DNA of 64,000 bases from an uncultured Holophagales bacterium (GCA_963842525.1 CAWJGT010000025.1:448001-512000); one strand, 5' to 3'. Counted from the stretch's first letter, positions 39,339-49,390 are shown. The notes: generated from the letters alone by a model not told the origin. A program made the numbers and translations.

Positions 39339-40566
39339 TCATTCCGCGGGCGTTGAAGGGGCGATCGACCGCGGCAGCAGCACCCACATTCTCCCCGGAT
39401 GCTTCATCCGCCCCGCGACCTCTTCGGCATCTCGGCCGGCTCCCCAGAAGACGTCGCCGCGGACCGGGCCGCGGATGGCTCCGCCGGTGTCCTGGGCGAC
39501 GAGCAGGCGCCGGAGGGGGCGGTCGGGATCGCCCTCCTTGGGCGCCGGGGCTTCGGCGTCGAGCCAGACGGGGACGCCGAGGGGCCAGTGCTTGCGGTCC
39601 ACGGCGAGCGAGCGGGCCGGGAGTGAGGGGGACGCCCTCGGCGCCGAGCGGACCCTCGCCTCGGATCTCGTCGAAGAAGACATAGGAAGCGTTGCGCGCC
39701 AGGACCTCCGGGGCGAGCTGCGGATGCGCCTCCAGCCAGCTCCGGATCGACTGCATCGAGACCTCCTCCACACGCAGCGCCTTCCTCTCCACGAGATCGC
39801 GGCCGATCGCGAAGTAGGGATGACCGTTCTCGGCCGCATAGCCGACCCGCATCTCGCCCCCTTCGGCGAGCCGGACGCGGCCCGAGCCCTGGATCTGGAG
39901 GAAGAAGGCGCCGATCGGGTCGTCCACCCAGACCAGCTCGAGACCCCGGCCGGCGAGCGCGCCCTTCTCGATCTCCTCCCGGTCCGCATAGGGGACCAGC
40001 TCGCCATCCAAGATCCGACCGGCGAGCCGGCGACCCCGCAGGTCCTCGCGAAACTTCCCGAGATCGACGCTTACGAGGTCGGCCGGCCGACTGTAGAGCG
40101 GCACGGTGTACCGGCCGCCGCGCTTCCGGCTGCCGCGCAGGAGCGCCTCGTAATAGCCCGTGAAAAGCCCGGTCCGCTCGCCCCGATCCGCGGCATTGCC
40201 TGCGGCAAACGGCCGGAAGTGCTCTTCGAAGAACGCCCGCGTGGCAGCCTGGTCCTCCTTCGGCACCTTCGCCGCCGCGGCGCAGGCCGATCGCCAGTCC
40301 GCGGCCGTGCCGGCGAAACCGGTCCCGCCCAAGGGGGCATCGTCCGGGAGCTTCCCCATCCGGGCGCACGAGCGGAGCAGGGGAGGCAAGGCCGCCGCGA
40401 CATCGTCGTCTCGCCAGCCTGGAAGGTCAGCGAACGTGGCCGGTATGAGGGCGAGGCGTCCCTCCTCCTCTTCGCCGGTCTTTCGCGTGCGCAGAATGTA
40501 CGCGAGGACCGCCGCGAGGAGCAGGAGAGCGGCGAGGGCGAGGATAAGGGTGGTACGGCGGGTCAC
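39339..40566 (-). CDS. mltA: Membrane-bound lytic murein transglycosylase A (frameshift near 39617)
   Basis: FTGYYE, FFLQIQGSG, NASYVFF in one frame; SLAVD..QDTGGAIRG..GDVFWG in the next; extra C in GGCCCGC. Confidence 0.88.
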
Positions 40567-41025
40567 AAGATTCCCTCCAGTCTCTTTCTCATGCGATCCA
40601 CGTGCGTGCCGCGCCAGTAGACCCGGCCGCAGCCGGGGCAGGCGCGGAACTCTTCGTGGGTGCGGGCCACCCAGGGCGGCACCCGGGCGCGCGCCTGTTC
40701 GGCGGGGAGCGGTTCGAGAGGCGTGTTGCAGCGCAGGCAGCGCCGCAGGATCTGGCCCGGATCGGGCTCGATCCGCAGCTCCTCCAGCACCTGCTGGACC
40801 TGCTCGGCGACCTGGTCCGAGCGGATCAGCAGATGGTTGTGCGCGAGCCGGCGCTCGACGAGACGGCGGTCCCGCGTAAGGATCGTCCGCCCCTCGGCCA
40901 CTGCCCGGGTCGACCAGCTCGGGGTCGTCGAGGGACGGATCATAGGCGACGTCGAGGTCGAGGATGCGCAGCCAGCGGGCGAGAGCGCCCAGCATGGCAT
41001 CGGCGATCAGCCGCGGCGCGCTCAC
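40563..41025 (-). CDS. Mut7-C RNase domain protein (frameshift near 40908)
   Basis: ADAMLGALARWLRIL, then ILTRDR..RCLRCN..CPGCGRVYWRGTH in another frame. Confidence 0.85.
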
Positions 41026-41423
41026 TCCAGGGATGGGTTTTTCAAGGCCCAGGCGACGCTCCAGGGGCCCGCCCCGCGGGCGGCGATGTAGAGGAAGGCG
41101 AAGCAGTAGATGACCGCCAACTCGCCTTGGTTCTGGATGGGCCAGAACGCCTGCGGCTTGAAGTGGGCCATGAAGTAGGCCACCGCCATGATGCCGCTGG
41201 CGAGGAACGCGGCCCAGCTCGCGAGCAGGCCGATCATCACCAGAGGCCGGCAGCCCAGCTCGATCACTCCTGCGAACCAGGCGAGCGATCCCACCGGCGG
41301 CGTCCCTCGGAGCCGAACGCCCCGGCCAGCTTCTGCATGCCGTGGCAAAGAGAACAGGAGCCCGGTGACGATCCGGAAGAGGGCATAGATGCGATCGGCG
41401 TGACGACCCAGGATGCGGCTCAT
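41022..41423 (-). CDS. DoxX family membrane protein (compensating indels)
   Basis: AFLASGIMAVAYFMAH, NQGELA, GAGPWS; the expected HGMQKL lies in a shifted frame. Confidence 0.85.
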   Translation of the reverse strand: MSRILGRHADRIYALFRIVTGLLFSLPRHAEAGRGVRLRGTPPVGSLAWFAGVIELGCRPLVMIGLLASWAAFLASGIMAVAYFMAHFKPQAFWPIQNQGELAVIYCFAFLYIAARGAGPWSVAWALKNPSLE

Positions 41424-41551
41424 CGGTAATCCTCCGTGGCAAAGGCATTATTGGAAACGCGGCCCGCCGCGAATCCTACATCCGCGGGAGAGCTTATCCG
41501 AAGAGGCTCAGTCCATCCTGCCGAACCAGCCTCGCCGCTCCCTCCATGGAT

Positions 41552-41896
41552 CTACGCGTTTTCCAGCAGGATTCGCAAATCCACACCGTCCCACAGCCGT
41601 TCGCGCATGGCTTTGGTTTCGGCCAGGGCGCGAGCACCTAGCTCCGTGACGGTAAACACGCGGCGCGAGCTCGATTCCCTGGCGCCAGCGCGTGCCGAGG
41701 TGACAAGCCCTTTGGCCTCGAGACGGTCCAAGGTGATGTAGACGGAACCAATGGAGACATCCCGGCCGGTCACCGTCTCCAGCTCACGGCGCACGTTCAT
41801 TCCGTACGCCTCCGGAGCGGTCCGCAGAACGGCGAGCATCACTTGTTCTTCGAAGCTGCCGACCGGAGCGGCCTCAGAGGTTTTGGACAATTTCAT
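41552..41896 (-). CDS. PadR family transcriptional regulator
   Basis: GSFEEQVMLAV, AYG, GSVYITLDRLEAKG. Confidence 0.88.
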   Translation of the reverse strand: MKLSKTSEAAPVGSFEEQVMLAVLRTAPEAYGMNVRRELETVTGRDVSIGSVYITLDRLEAKGLVTSARAGARESSSRRVFTVTELGARALAETKAMRERLWDGVDLRILLENA

Positions 41897-42153
41897 ATCG
41901 GGCTCCCGAGTGAACGCAGGCTACTGCTGCCGCAGCACGGGCGGAGGTACAAACCGCGCCACCAGACGCGGCGGGCCAGCGCAGGCAGAGAGCCCAGAAC
42001 CTGTCGCCAGAGCCAGATTCTCGCGGCGAGCTGTCCCTCGGTTGCCGCACGTGCGGCGTGCTCCGCCGCCAGATCGTCGAGCACTTCCTCACGCTCTGCA
42101 AATGGGGTCAGAGATCGGAACAGAGCCGCAGGAACAGTGGCCTTATCAGCCAC
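41893..42153 (-). pseudogene. Stand-alone permease-prefix-like fragment
   Basis: EEVLDDLAAE..AARIWLWRQVLGS resembles the N-terminus of PadR-linked acidobacterial permeases; no permease body follows. Confidence 0.45.
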
Positions 42154-42174
42154 TTTAGCTTAAGAACGCGACCT

Positions 42175-43560
42175 CTACCGCCCGGCCGGCTTGGCCGGCG
42201 GCGCCTTCGTCTCGCCGAGGGCGAAGACGCTCTGGCGTCCGCGGACGATGACCATGCCGTCGACAATCGCCGGGGTGGCCATCAGCACCTCGCCCATGGG
42301 GTTGGTGGCGAGCAGCTCGAACTTGGGCCCGGCCTTGACGACATAGACCTCCCCGTCCTCGCTGGAGAAGTAGATCTTGCCGTCCGCCGCCACCGGCGAG
42401 GCGGTGAATGCGACGCTCTTCGTCCCGGCGATCCGCTCGCGGTAGAGCTGGGCGCCGGTCTTGGCGTCGTAGACGGTCAAGGTGCCGTTGTCGGCGCAGG
42501 TGTAGAGGTGGTCGCCGTAGACGACCGGCGTCGGCATGTACGTGCCGCCGCGCGACTTGCTCCAGGCGATCGCATCGTTCGTCTCCTTGCCCTCGGGGAG
42601 TGTGATGTCCCCGTTCGCCGCACCCAGACGGATGGCGTAGATCGGCCGGACGGGGGCGTAGCCCGCGGTGACATAGGCGAAGCCATGGGCGGCGATCGGG
42701 GTCGGAGCGACGATCTCCGAGTTGCCGGAGAGGCGCCACAGCTCCTTGCCGGTCGCCGGGTCATAGCCGCGGATGTGCTTGGCGGCGTTGGTCACCAGCT
42801 CGGCGCGTTTTTCGGTCTCGAAGACCGAGGGCGTCGCCCACGACGGGATCTCCTGGCGCTCCGTGCGCCAGACCTGGCGGCCGTCGGCGAGGTCGTAGGC
42901 GGCCAGGAAGGAGCCCTTCTGCAGGTCGGCCTGGACGATCACCAGGTTCTTGTAGAGGATCGGCGAGGCGGCGTACTCCCATTGGTACGAGGGGTCGTAG
43001 AACCAGCCGGCGTCGAGCACTCCGAGGTCCTTCTTCCACTTGAGCGTGCCGTCGACCGTGTAGCAGTAGAGGCCGGCGGAGCCGAAGAGGGCGACGACGT
43101 GCTTGCCGTCGGTCGCCGGGGTCGAGTTGGCGTGCGTCGCCTTGATGTGCCGCTTGACCTGGGGCACGCCGGTGTGGGCCACCTGCTCCCAGAGCACCTT
43201 GCCGGTCTTGCGGTCGAGGGCGAAGACGCGCCAACTGTGCTCGGCCTTGGTCTCGACCGAGTCGACGTCGCCGTAGAGCCCGTGGCGGAAGGTGGGGTTG
43301 GCCTCGGTCGACACGGCGGTCGTGACGAAGACCTGGTCGCCCCAGACCACCGGGCTCGAATGGGCGAGGCCGGGGATCGGGGTCTTCCAGAGGACGTTCG
43401 TTCCCGTTTCGGCATTCCAGGCGGTGGGCGCCGTGCCCTCCGCCACTCCCGAGGCCTGGGTGCCGCGGAACGAGGGCCACGCCGCGGGAGCCGCCCCGGC
43501 GGCGGCAGGCACCATGCACAGGAGGAGAGCGGCAAGCGTCGGTCTGTAAAGATTTCTCAT
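42175..43560 (-). CDS. Secreted PQQ-like beta-propeller protein
   Basis: WPSFRG, WKTPIPGLAHSSPVVWG, STPATDG, ASPVAADG. Confidence 0.88.
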   Translation of the reverse strand: MRNLYRPTLAALLLCMVPAAAGAAPAAWPSFRGTQASGVAEGTAPTAWNAETGTNVLWKTPIPGLAHSSPVVWGDQVFVTTAVSTEANPTFRHGLYGDVDSVETKAEHSWRVFALDRKTGKVLWEQVAHTGVPQVKRHIKATHANSTPATDGKHVVALFGSAGLYCYTVDGTLKWKKDLGVLDAGWFYDPSYQWEYAASPILYKNLVIVQADLQKGSFLAAYDLADGRQVWRTERQEIPSWATPSVFETEKRAELVTNAAKHIRGYDPATGKELWRLSGNSEIVAPTPIAAHGFAYVTAGYAPVRPIYAIRLGAANGDITLPEGKETNDAIAWSKSRGGTYMPTPVVYGDHLYTCADNGTLTVYDAKTGAQLYRERIAGTKSVAFTASPVAADGKIYFSSEDGEVYVVKAGPKFELLATNPMGEVLMATPAIVDGMVIVRGRQSVFALGETKAPPAKPAGR

Positions 43561-44372
43561 GGTGTCTCTCTCTTCTTGAGCGGAGTCGAGGTCCCAGCGC
43601 GCTCGATGGTCATGCCGGTGACTTTCCCGGCTTCGCTCTGGAAAACGATCTTGAGGCCCGGGGCCTCCTCGACCCGGAAGGTCGCCGGGTCGACGGCCGC
43701 CAGGGTCAGGGCGCCGCCGTCGGAGGTCGCGATCAGCTTGCCATCCTTGACGGCGACCGTCACGCTGAAGCCCGTGCCGTCGAAGGTACCCTCGTAGGTC
43801 TTGAGGACGGCAGGATCGACAGCCACAGCTACCGGCGGTTTGGCGCCGGCCGCTTCGAGGAGAGCGACGACCTCGGCCTGTTGGCTCTGGGAGGCGGTCG
43901 CCAGGGCCTCGCTCAACGTCTCGGGGCTCATTTCGCCACGCTCGAGGATCACTTTCACGACGGCGATGTGGCCCTCGCCGACAGCTCCCATCAGCGCCTC
44001 GGCCTCGCCCTGGGCACCTTTTGCAAGCAGCGACCGCACGATGTCGCCATGCCCATGGCCGACCGCCCAGACGAGCGGTGTGGCATTGTAGAAGCGGTCC
44101 TTGGTGTTGGCGTCGGCGCCGCGTTCGAGCAGGAAGTCGACGACCGCGGTGTGCCCCTTGTCGGCGGCGAAGGCCAGGGCCGTGCCGCCGTAGGCGTTGG
44201 CGGCGTTGACGTCGACGCCGGTGGCCAGGAGCTCCTTGACCTTTGCCAGGTCGCCGACTGTCGCGGCACGCCGCAAGGCGTCGCCGGGATCATCCGCCGC
44301 CAAGGCAGGGTGGGACGCAGCGAGCAGGAGAGTAAGCGCAAGGCAAAGCCCTGCCGCGGAAAGCTTCGGCAT
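43557..44372 (-). CDS. Secreted ankyrin-repeat protein with C-terminal DUF3471-like domain
   Basis: GVDVNAANAYGGTALAFAA, TPLVWA; VDPAVLKTYEGTF. Confidence 0.85.
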   Translation of the reverse strand: MPKLSAAGLCLALTLLLAASHPALAADDPGDALRRAATVGDLAKVKELLATGVDVNAANAYGGTALAFAADKGHTAVVDFLLERGADANTKDRFYNATPLVWAVGHGHGDIVRSLLAKGAQGEAEALMGAVGEGHIAVVKVILERGEMSPETLSEALATASQSQQAEVVALLEAAGAKPPVAVAVDPAVLKTYEGTFDGTGFSVTVAVKDGKLIATSDGGALTLAAVDPATFRVEEAPGLKIVFQSEAGKVTGMTIERAGTSTPLKKRETP

Positions 44373-44611
44373 GATCGACTCCTCCATCTCTTACAGAACT
44401 ACGCACAACCCCGGCCCAATGTTTCCAGGCCCCCCTATTCTGCCATGCGCTGCACGCGGCGGGACCACTGGAGTCACCGCAGTGAGCGTCCATGGTCCCG
44501 TGCTGTACACTGCCGGCCCCCGGCAGAGGGTCGTGGCCGGCGCCGATCGCCTCCAGCCCCGAGTACCCCACCAGGTGCCACAAAGACGCGGCTTCAAGGT
44601 AGAATGGGACC

Positions 44612-44830
44612 ATGCGAGTAACCACCGGAAGAGTCGTCAACGGCAAGATCGAGGTTCCTGACGAGGAGTTGGCCGAGGGGATGGTTGTGACCATCTTGGC
44701 GCCCGAGGATCAGGGCACCTTCACCCTTGGCCCTGAAGCGGAGGCCGCCCTCTTGGCCTCGATCGAGGAGGCAGACCGCGGCGAGGTGATTTCGGGAGAA
44801 GAGCTCTTACGGGAGCTGCGGCGAGATTGA
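44612..44830 (+). CDS. Putative type II antitoxin
   Basis: 72 aa, acidic, LASIEEADRGEVI; overlaps toxin start by 4 nt. Confidence 0.7.
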   Translation: MRVTTGRVVNGKIEVPDEELAEGMVVTILAPEDQGTFTLGPEAEAALLASIEEADRGEVISGEELLRELRRD

Positions 44831-45137
44831 GTCTGCGGCTGCCACTGCAAGTCACTCGCCGGGCCCGCCGCGAGATCCGGGCAGCCTCGGCATGGTGGGA
44901 CGAAAGTCGTCCTGCTGCGCCCGACGCGTTCCGGGACGCCATTGACAAGGCATTCGAGCTGATTTGCACTCAGCCGAGCATAGGGACGGCCGCGTCCAAC
45001 GTCAGGCTTCCTGATGTGCGCCGCATTCTCTTGAGCAAAGTTCAGTACTACCTCTACTATCGTGTAAAGAGCAACCCGCCTACGGTTGAAGTGGTGGCGA
45101 CTGGCACACGAGCCGATACCCAGATCTCAACCTGTAG
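44827..45137 (+). CDS. RelE/ParE toxin (one-base deletion near 45100)
   Basis: TRRARREIRAASAWW, VRRILL..YYLYYRV; typical WHTSR end and stop at 45137 lie in a shifted frame. Confidence 0.75.
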
Positions 45138-45201
45138 CGAAAAAACAAGCCGAGCCGGAAGCTATTCTCCGCTTGAGTCGGGGGCATGGGACAAGCGTGA
45201 C

Positions 45202-45261
45202 GGCCAACGTGATGCACCTCAGCGCGCGGCGTCAGCCGTCCGCTGGAGGTGCAGGTTGGGC
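45202..45261 (-). mobile_element. Integron attC site 1
   Basis: Minus strand GCCCAAC ctgcacctccagcg...cgctgaggtgcatcac GTTGGCC; 60-bp imperfect hairpin. Confidence 0.75.
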
Positions 45262-45827
45262 GACCCTTGCTCACCAGTTCCTCCGACTCTGACAGCCTGC
45301 GCCTCTATGCCTGAGGCCACCCCTGTGCCGCCTCTATCCTCGGCCGGAGCCTCCGATGCTGAGCGCCCGCTACGCAGAAATACATAGTAGCCAGATACCG
45401 CCACGCCCAGCATGAAGAAAACGGCCAACAAGCGCATTGCCAAGAGTCTCAATCTATTATATCTGCGACGCTTGGTCCAGAATTTCTTGGCAGAAGCAGT
45501 ATCAGTGCTCTCGCTCTCAAGGCTCTTTGCCCAATAGCGAAAAAAGGCAGCGTCTAGCCCCCAGCCAATGAGCCCAGTGAGAACTGCTGCAACCATTAAT
45601 ACTATTGAAACCACGACAGCAGAGCGTTCATCGGAACTGAGTGGGGGCCTGGGTGGTTCAGTAAGCGCAATGAAGTACGTCGCCACACCTCCCGTTGCAA
45701 GTGAGACAAGCAGCTTCACCAAATCAAACCCCGATGCCCGAGAGCGATCACGAAGAAGCTGCGGCTGTACGTTCCTTCCACTCTCAGCTTGGTTGAAGGT
45801 TGAAGTAGGTTCAGCCATCAATGTCAC
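45219..45827 (-). CDS. Gene-cassette membrane protein, unknown function
   Basis: Low GC, 3 TM-like segments, stop inside attC1, start just after attC2. Confidence 0.7.
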   Translation of the reverse strand: MTLMAEPTSTFNQAESGRNVQPQLLRDRSRASGFDLVKLLVSLATGGVATYFIALTEPPRPPLSSDERSAVVVSIVLMVAAVLTGLIGWGLDAAFFRYWAKSLESESTDTASAKKFWTKRRRYNRLRLLAMRLLAVFFMLGVAVSGYYVFLRSGRSASEAPAEDRGGTGVASGIEAQAVRVGGTGEQGSPNLHLQRTADAAR

Positions 45828-45851
45828 CTTTCGGCTTTAATCGACTGAGTC

Positions 45852-45923
45852 GCCCAACGCTGTGGGCCTCAGCGCGCACCTTGGGCGCGAGCCCAGGTGT
45901 CAGCTGGAGGCCCGGTGTTGGGC
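45852..45923 (-). mobile_element. Integron attC site 2
   Basis: Minus strand GCCCAAC accgggcctccagc...gctgaggcccacagc GTTGGGC; 72 bp. Confidence 0.8.
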
Positions 45924-45925
45924 GT

Positions 45926-46169
45926 CTATATCGCGAGGCCGCGTACAAGAACTATAGCTGCCCATATGATTAAGCATACCTCGATGAGGACGAGCATTGT
46001 CTGTATCTGAGCCCACTTGGTGAGACCTCGCGCGGAAGCAGCAAGGTCTCCATGCTTCATTTTCGTGAAGCTACGCTTGATTAGCCGACTCATCGGAGGG
46101 AAGAAGGCCTTCTCGCATTCGCGAAGAGCGACTGAAAGGTCAAGCTCAATCTTTTGATCAGCAGTAGAC
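45926..46169 (-). pseudogene. 3' remnant of a cassette gene truncated by IS66
   Basis: Open frame STADQKIELDL...IIWAAIVLVRGLAI* ends 2 nt before attC2. Confidence 0.65.
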
Positions 46170-47826
46170 GTATCTGTTTACCGCCCTAGTGCCGCCTTCC
46201 CCGAGCGGTGGCACGTCCGCAAGGGCTTGAAGTTCTCTTCTCGGCATGGTCTAATGTCTTTCAGGCATGCCGACTTACGAGGAACTCCTTCAAGAGAACT
46301 CTGAGCTTCGCCAAGACAACGGTGAGCTTCGCCAGCGGGTGGAGGAGCAGGAGCGCCAGATTGCGCACCTGAAGCGCCGAATCGTCGATCTGGAGAAACT
46401 TGTCGAGGAGCTACGGCGCCGGGGCAAACGCCAGGCTGCCCCCTTCTCGAAGGGAGATCCGAGCGAGGATCCCAAGTCTCCAGGGCGCAAAGCCGGGGAT
46501 CAATATGGTCAGCAAGCGACTCGAGCTGTGCCCGATCACGTCGACGAAACCATCGTGGTGGAGTGCCCGCTGTATTGTGAGCACTGTGGGGGTCAGGTCA
46601 TTCCGCAGGGCGAAGCTCGCCAGTATCAGACCGATCTGCCGCCGATTCGGCCGGTGACGACGGAGTTCATCCTCCATTATGGGAAGTGCTCGGCATGTGG
46701 CCGGGAAGCTGTGGGGCGTCACCCGCGCCAGACTTCCCAGGCGTTCCGGGTCGGCAACGTGCAACTCGGTCCAAACGTGTTGGGGCTCGCCGCCTGGCTC
46801 AACAAGGTCGGAGGCTTGAGCTACGGCAAGATCGCCGCGTTGCTGAAGGAGCTGGCTGGACTGTCTGTGTCGCGCTCGGCCCTGTGCCGCGCGCTGCTTC
46901 GCATGAGTAAGAAGCTGGAGCCCTTGTACGAGGAGCTGAAGGCGAAGATCCGGAGCTCTCCTGTGGTGTACCCGGACGAGACGGGCTGGCGGGAGGGGGG
47001 CTATAGCGTGTGGTTGTGGGTGTTCACCAATCGCAGCGAGACGGTCTACAGCATCCAGCCGGGTCGTGGCTATGCCGAGGCCTCTGAGGTCCTGGGGGAG
47101 GGCTTTGTCGGCGTGCTGGTGGCTGATGGTTGGGCTCCCTATCAGAAATTTGAAGAAGCGACTCATCAGACCTGTCTGGCGCATCTGTTGCGCCGTTGCG
47201 AGGAGCTGCTGGAGAAGGCGACAGGGGGTGCGGTGCGCTTTCCTCGGGCGGTGAAAGAGATCCTGCAGGCCGCCTTGGAGGCGCGAGATCAGCGGGACGC
47301 GGGCAAGCTCAGCGGCGAGGCGCTGGAGAAGGTCAAGCAGGACTTGGAGCTCCAGATGGAAAGGCGTCTGTCGGGGCAGTTCACGAACCCCGACAACCAG
47401 CGTCTGGCTCAGCATTTGATACGTCACCAGGAGCAGCTGTTTGTCTTCCTGGAACGCACGGATGTGGAGGCGACCAATTGGCCGGCCGAACAAGGGATTC
47501 GCCCGGCGGTCATCAACCGCAAGACATCTGGGGGAAATCGGACGGCCGAGGGGTCCCAGGCGCAAGCGGTCTTGATGAGTGCCCTGCGCACATTTCAGCA
47601 ACACCAAGTCGGGACACTCGAGATCTTGCCCCAGCTTCTGCGCAGCCCCCAGCTACCGAAGCTTGAGGCAATACTTCCTGCGTCACAGCCACCGTAACAG
47701 TTCTCGCCACGAGTTATCCGTGGCTCCAGGTCGGTAGCCGCTCGCCCTCGTCAGGTCGCCTGGCCAGCGCGGACGTGTGTCCAGGGAAAACCTTCCCCAA
47801 AAGTGCCGCTGACGGTAAACAGATAC
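46170..47826 (+). mobile_element. IS66-family insertion sequence, single-ORF type
   Basis: Perfect 14-bp terminal IRs GTATCTGTTTACCG / CGGTAAACAGATAC; no matching target duplication. Confidence 0.88.
46267..47697 (+). CDS. IS66 family transposase
   Basis: N-terminal coiled coil, CEHCG/CSACG zinc ribbon, DETGW, ADGW, QTCLAHLLR, TNWPAEQGIRP. Confidence 0.93.
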   Translation: MPTYEELLQENSELRQDNGELRQRVEEQERQIAHLKRRIVDLEKLVEELRRRGKRQAAPFSKGDPSEDPKSPGRKAGDQYGQQATRAVPDHVDETIVVECPLYCEHCGGQVIPQGEARQYQTDLPPIRPVTTEFILHYGKCSACGREAVGRHPRQTSQAFRVGNVQLGPNVLGLAAWLNKVGGLSYGKIAALLKELAGLSVSRSALCRALLRMSKKLEPLYEELKAKIRSSPVVYPDETGWREGGYSVWLWVFTNRSETVYSIQPGRGYAEASEVLGEGFVGVLVADGWAPYQKFEEATHQTCLAHLLRRCEELLEKATGGAVRFPRAVKEILQAALEARDQRDAGKLSGEALEKVKQDLELQMERRLSGQFTNPDNQRLAQHLIRHQEQLFVFLERTDVEATNWPAEQGIRPAVINRKTSGGNRTAEGSQAQAVLMSALRTFQQHQVGTLEILPQLLRSPQLPKLEAILPASQPP

Positions 47827-47956
47827 CGTCAACCTTAATCCATACGGTCTCAAGATACGAAGACAGGACGCGCTCCTCGGACTCGTAAAGTAGAACCCCG
47901 ATCACCAGGCTTGGTAGACCGAGTAGAACGCACAGAAGTCGCAGGATGATGGGCAT
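47827..47956 (-). pseudogene. 5' remnant of a low-GC membrane-protein gene cut by IS66
   Basis: MPIILRLLCVLLGL...WIKVD runs into the right IR. Confidence 0.55.
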
Positions 47957-48336
47957 GGCAGTTGTGAATCGGTGTGGTCAACAGCCTATGCTCATAGCTT
48001 TTGGTGTTTGGGAGCGGCGCGCTTGGCTCGGCTACAACAGAAGGTCCGAGCGACGCCCGACGACCAACCTATAATCACCATTGCCCGGTCCCCTTCTCGG
48101 CTGCCTTATTGCCTGTCTCCCAAACCAACCGCGAGTAGCCGGAATATAGCAATGCCTCTATGCCCCTCGCATTCCACGACTTCGCAGTTATTTTAGGCCC
48201 CTGCAGCATCGACGTCAACGCCGGATGCTCGTGTCATATGCTCGCTGGCAGGTCAGGATCGCGCTGGGCTGCTTAGACGCCCAGGCCTGGGAGGGTCTCG
48301 GCGCTGACCAACTGGCCCAAGGCTCTGCCGTCTGGC

Positions 48337-48649
48337 TCACACCCTCACGAACCGCGCCTCGTAGCGCCCCTTTCCCTGCCTTACCTGGCGCAGACGGCCG
48401 GTGCGGGTCAGGCGCCGGCAGACGTCGGACATCTGCCGGGAGGTGACGGGCTTGCGCAGCCGGCCTGCGAACCGGCGGTTCACCTCGGCGGCGAGCCACC
48501 CGGGACCAAAGTGCTGGTCCGCACCGAACTCCGCCACGATCGTCCTCAGGATCAGCGTCAGGCGTGGTTTCGCAGCGGGACCGATGTCCGTTCCCTCGTC
48601 CGGCGGACCGACGGCGGGGGCGCGATGCCCGATGAGCTCCAGGGCGGCG
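48337..48649 (-). pseudogene. 5'-truncated duplicate of gene 49486-49983
   Basis: About 300-bp near-identical direct repeat (48349-48649 vs 49501-49801, offset 1152). Confidence 0.8.
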
Positions 48650-48667
48650 CGGAGCGGAACCGTGCAC

Positions 48668-49390
48668 TCAGCTTCCGCGCCGGAGGCGTTCGAGCTCCTC
48701 GGTCAGAGCGCGAGCGCGGGCTTCCGCTTCCGCCGCACGCGCTTCGGCCTGCTTGGCCCGCTCCTCGGCGGCTCTCCGGGCAACTGCCTCCTCCTGCGCT
48801 CTCGCCTTCCACTCCGCATAGCTGAGGAGCCGCCGGCCGGTCTTCATATCGACCATCCGGAGCGAGGAGCCCTCCGGCGTGAACGCCACACCGATCGTCC
48901 GGCTCACCAGCGAGCCGTCCGGCTCCGGGCGTATCGGCCGGTACTCGCCTCGGACGAGGCGAAGACCCCGGAAACGCGGCTCCAGGTAATCTCCGAGAGG
49001 ATCGAAGAGAAAGTACTCCTCGACTCCCAGCCGCACATAGCGGCCCATCTTCGTGTCCAGATCCTCGTCGCGGGTCGTCTCAGAGGTCACTTCCAGGACG
49101 AAACAGGGAACCTTCTGCTCACGCCAGAGCAGATAGGTCTTCCGCCTCTCCTTCGAGACACCGCGGACCACGAAGACATCCGGTGCCACCGCGGCGGACC
49201 GGTTACCTCGTTCATAGTAGAGGAGCAGGTTGCCCGTCACGTACACCTCGGGGTCCGCCAGGAAATGATCCTTCAGCCCCTCGATGACATGCGTCATCGC
49301 CTCGCGGTGGACATCGCTCTCCGCCATCGGCTTGCCGTCGGACTCCGGGTATTCGATCTCGGGCTCGTGCGAGAGAGGGATCGCGGCCAT
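48668..49390 (-). CDS. Uma2 family (PD-(D/E)xK) endonuclease
   Basis: EYPESDGKPMAES, APDVFVV, LEVTS, GVEEYFLFDP, coiled-coil tail. Confidence 0.92.
   Translation of the reverse strand: MAAIPLSHEPEIEYPESDGKPMAESDVHREAMTHVIEGLKDHFLADPEVYVTGNLLLYYERGNRSAAVAPDVFVVRGVSKERRKTYLLWREQKVPCFVLEVTSETTRDEDLDTKMGRYVRLGVEEYFLFDPLGDYLEPRFRGLRLVRGEYRPIRPEPDGSLVSRTIGVAFTPEGSSLRMVDMKTGRRLLSYAEWKARAQEEAVARRAAEERAKQAEARAAEAEARARALTEELERLRRGS

Noticed and set aside
39600-41360. Frameshifts in mltA, Mut7-C and DoxX as programmed frameshifting or true pseudogenes
   Set aside because: Clustered indels in short homopolymers, some mutually compensating; typical of low-coverage long-read error.
39301-41448. 715-aa DoxX/Mut7-C/MltA fusion ORF
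   Set aside because: Artefact of those indels linking three overlapping genes.
44460-44500. Hairpin left of the TA module as a third attC
   Set aside because: Stem is present (CGGGACCA/TGGTCCCG) but no properly placed RYYYAAC/GTTRRRY boxes.
47960-48330. Possible attI or integrase remnant
   Set aside because: Low GC, but no recognisable paired core sites or tyrosine recombinase motifs.
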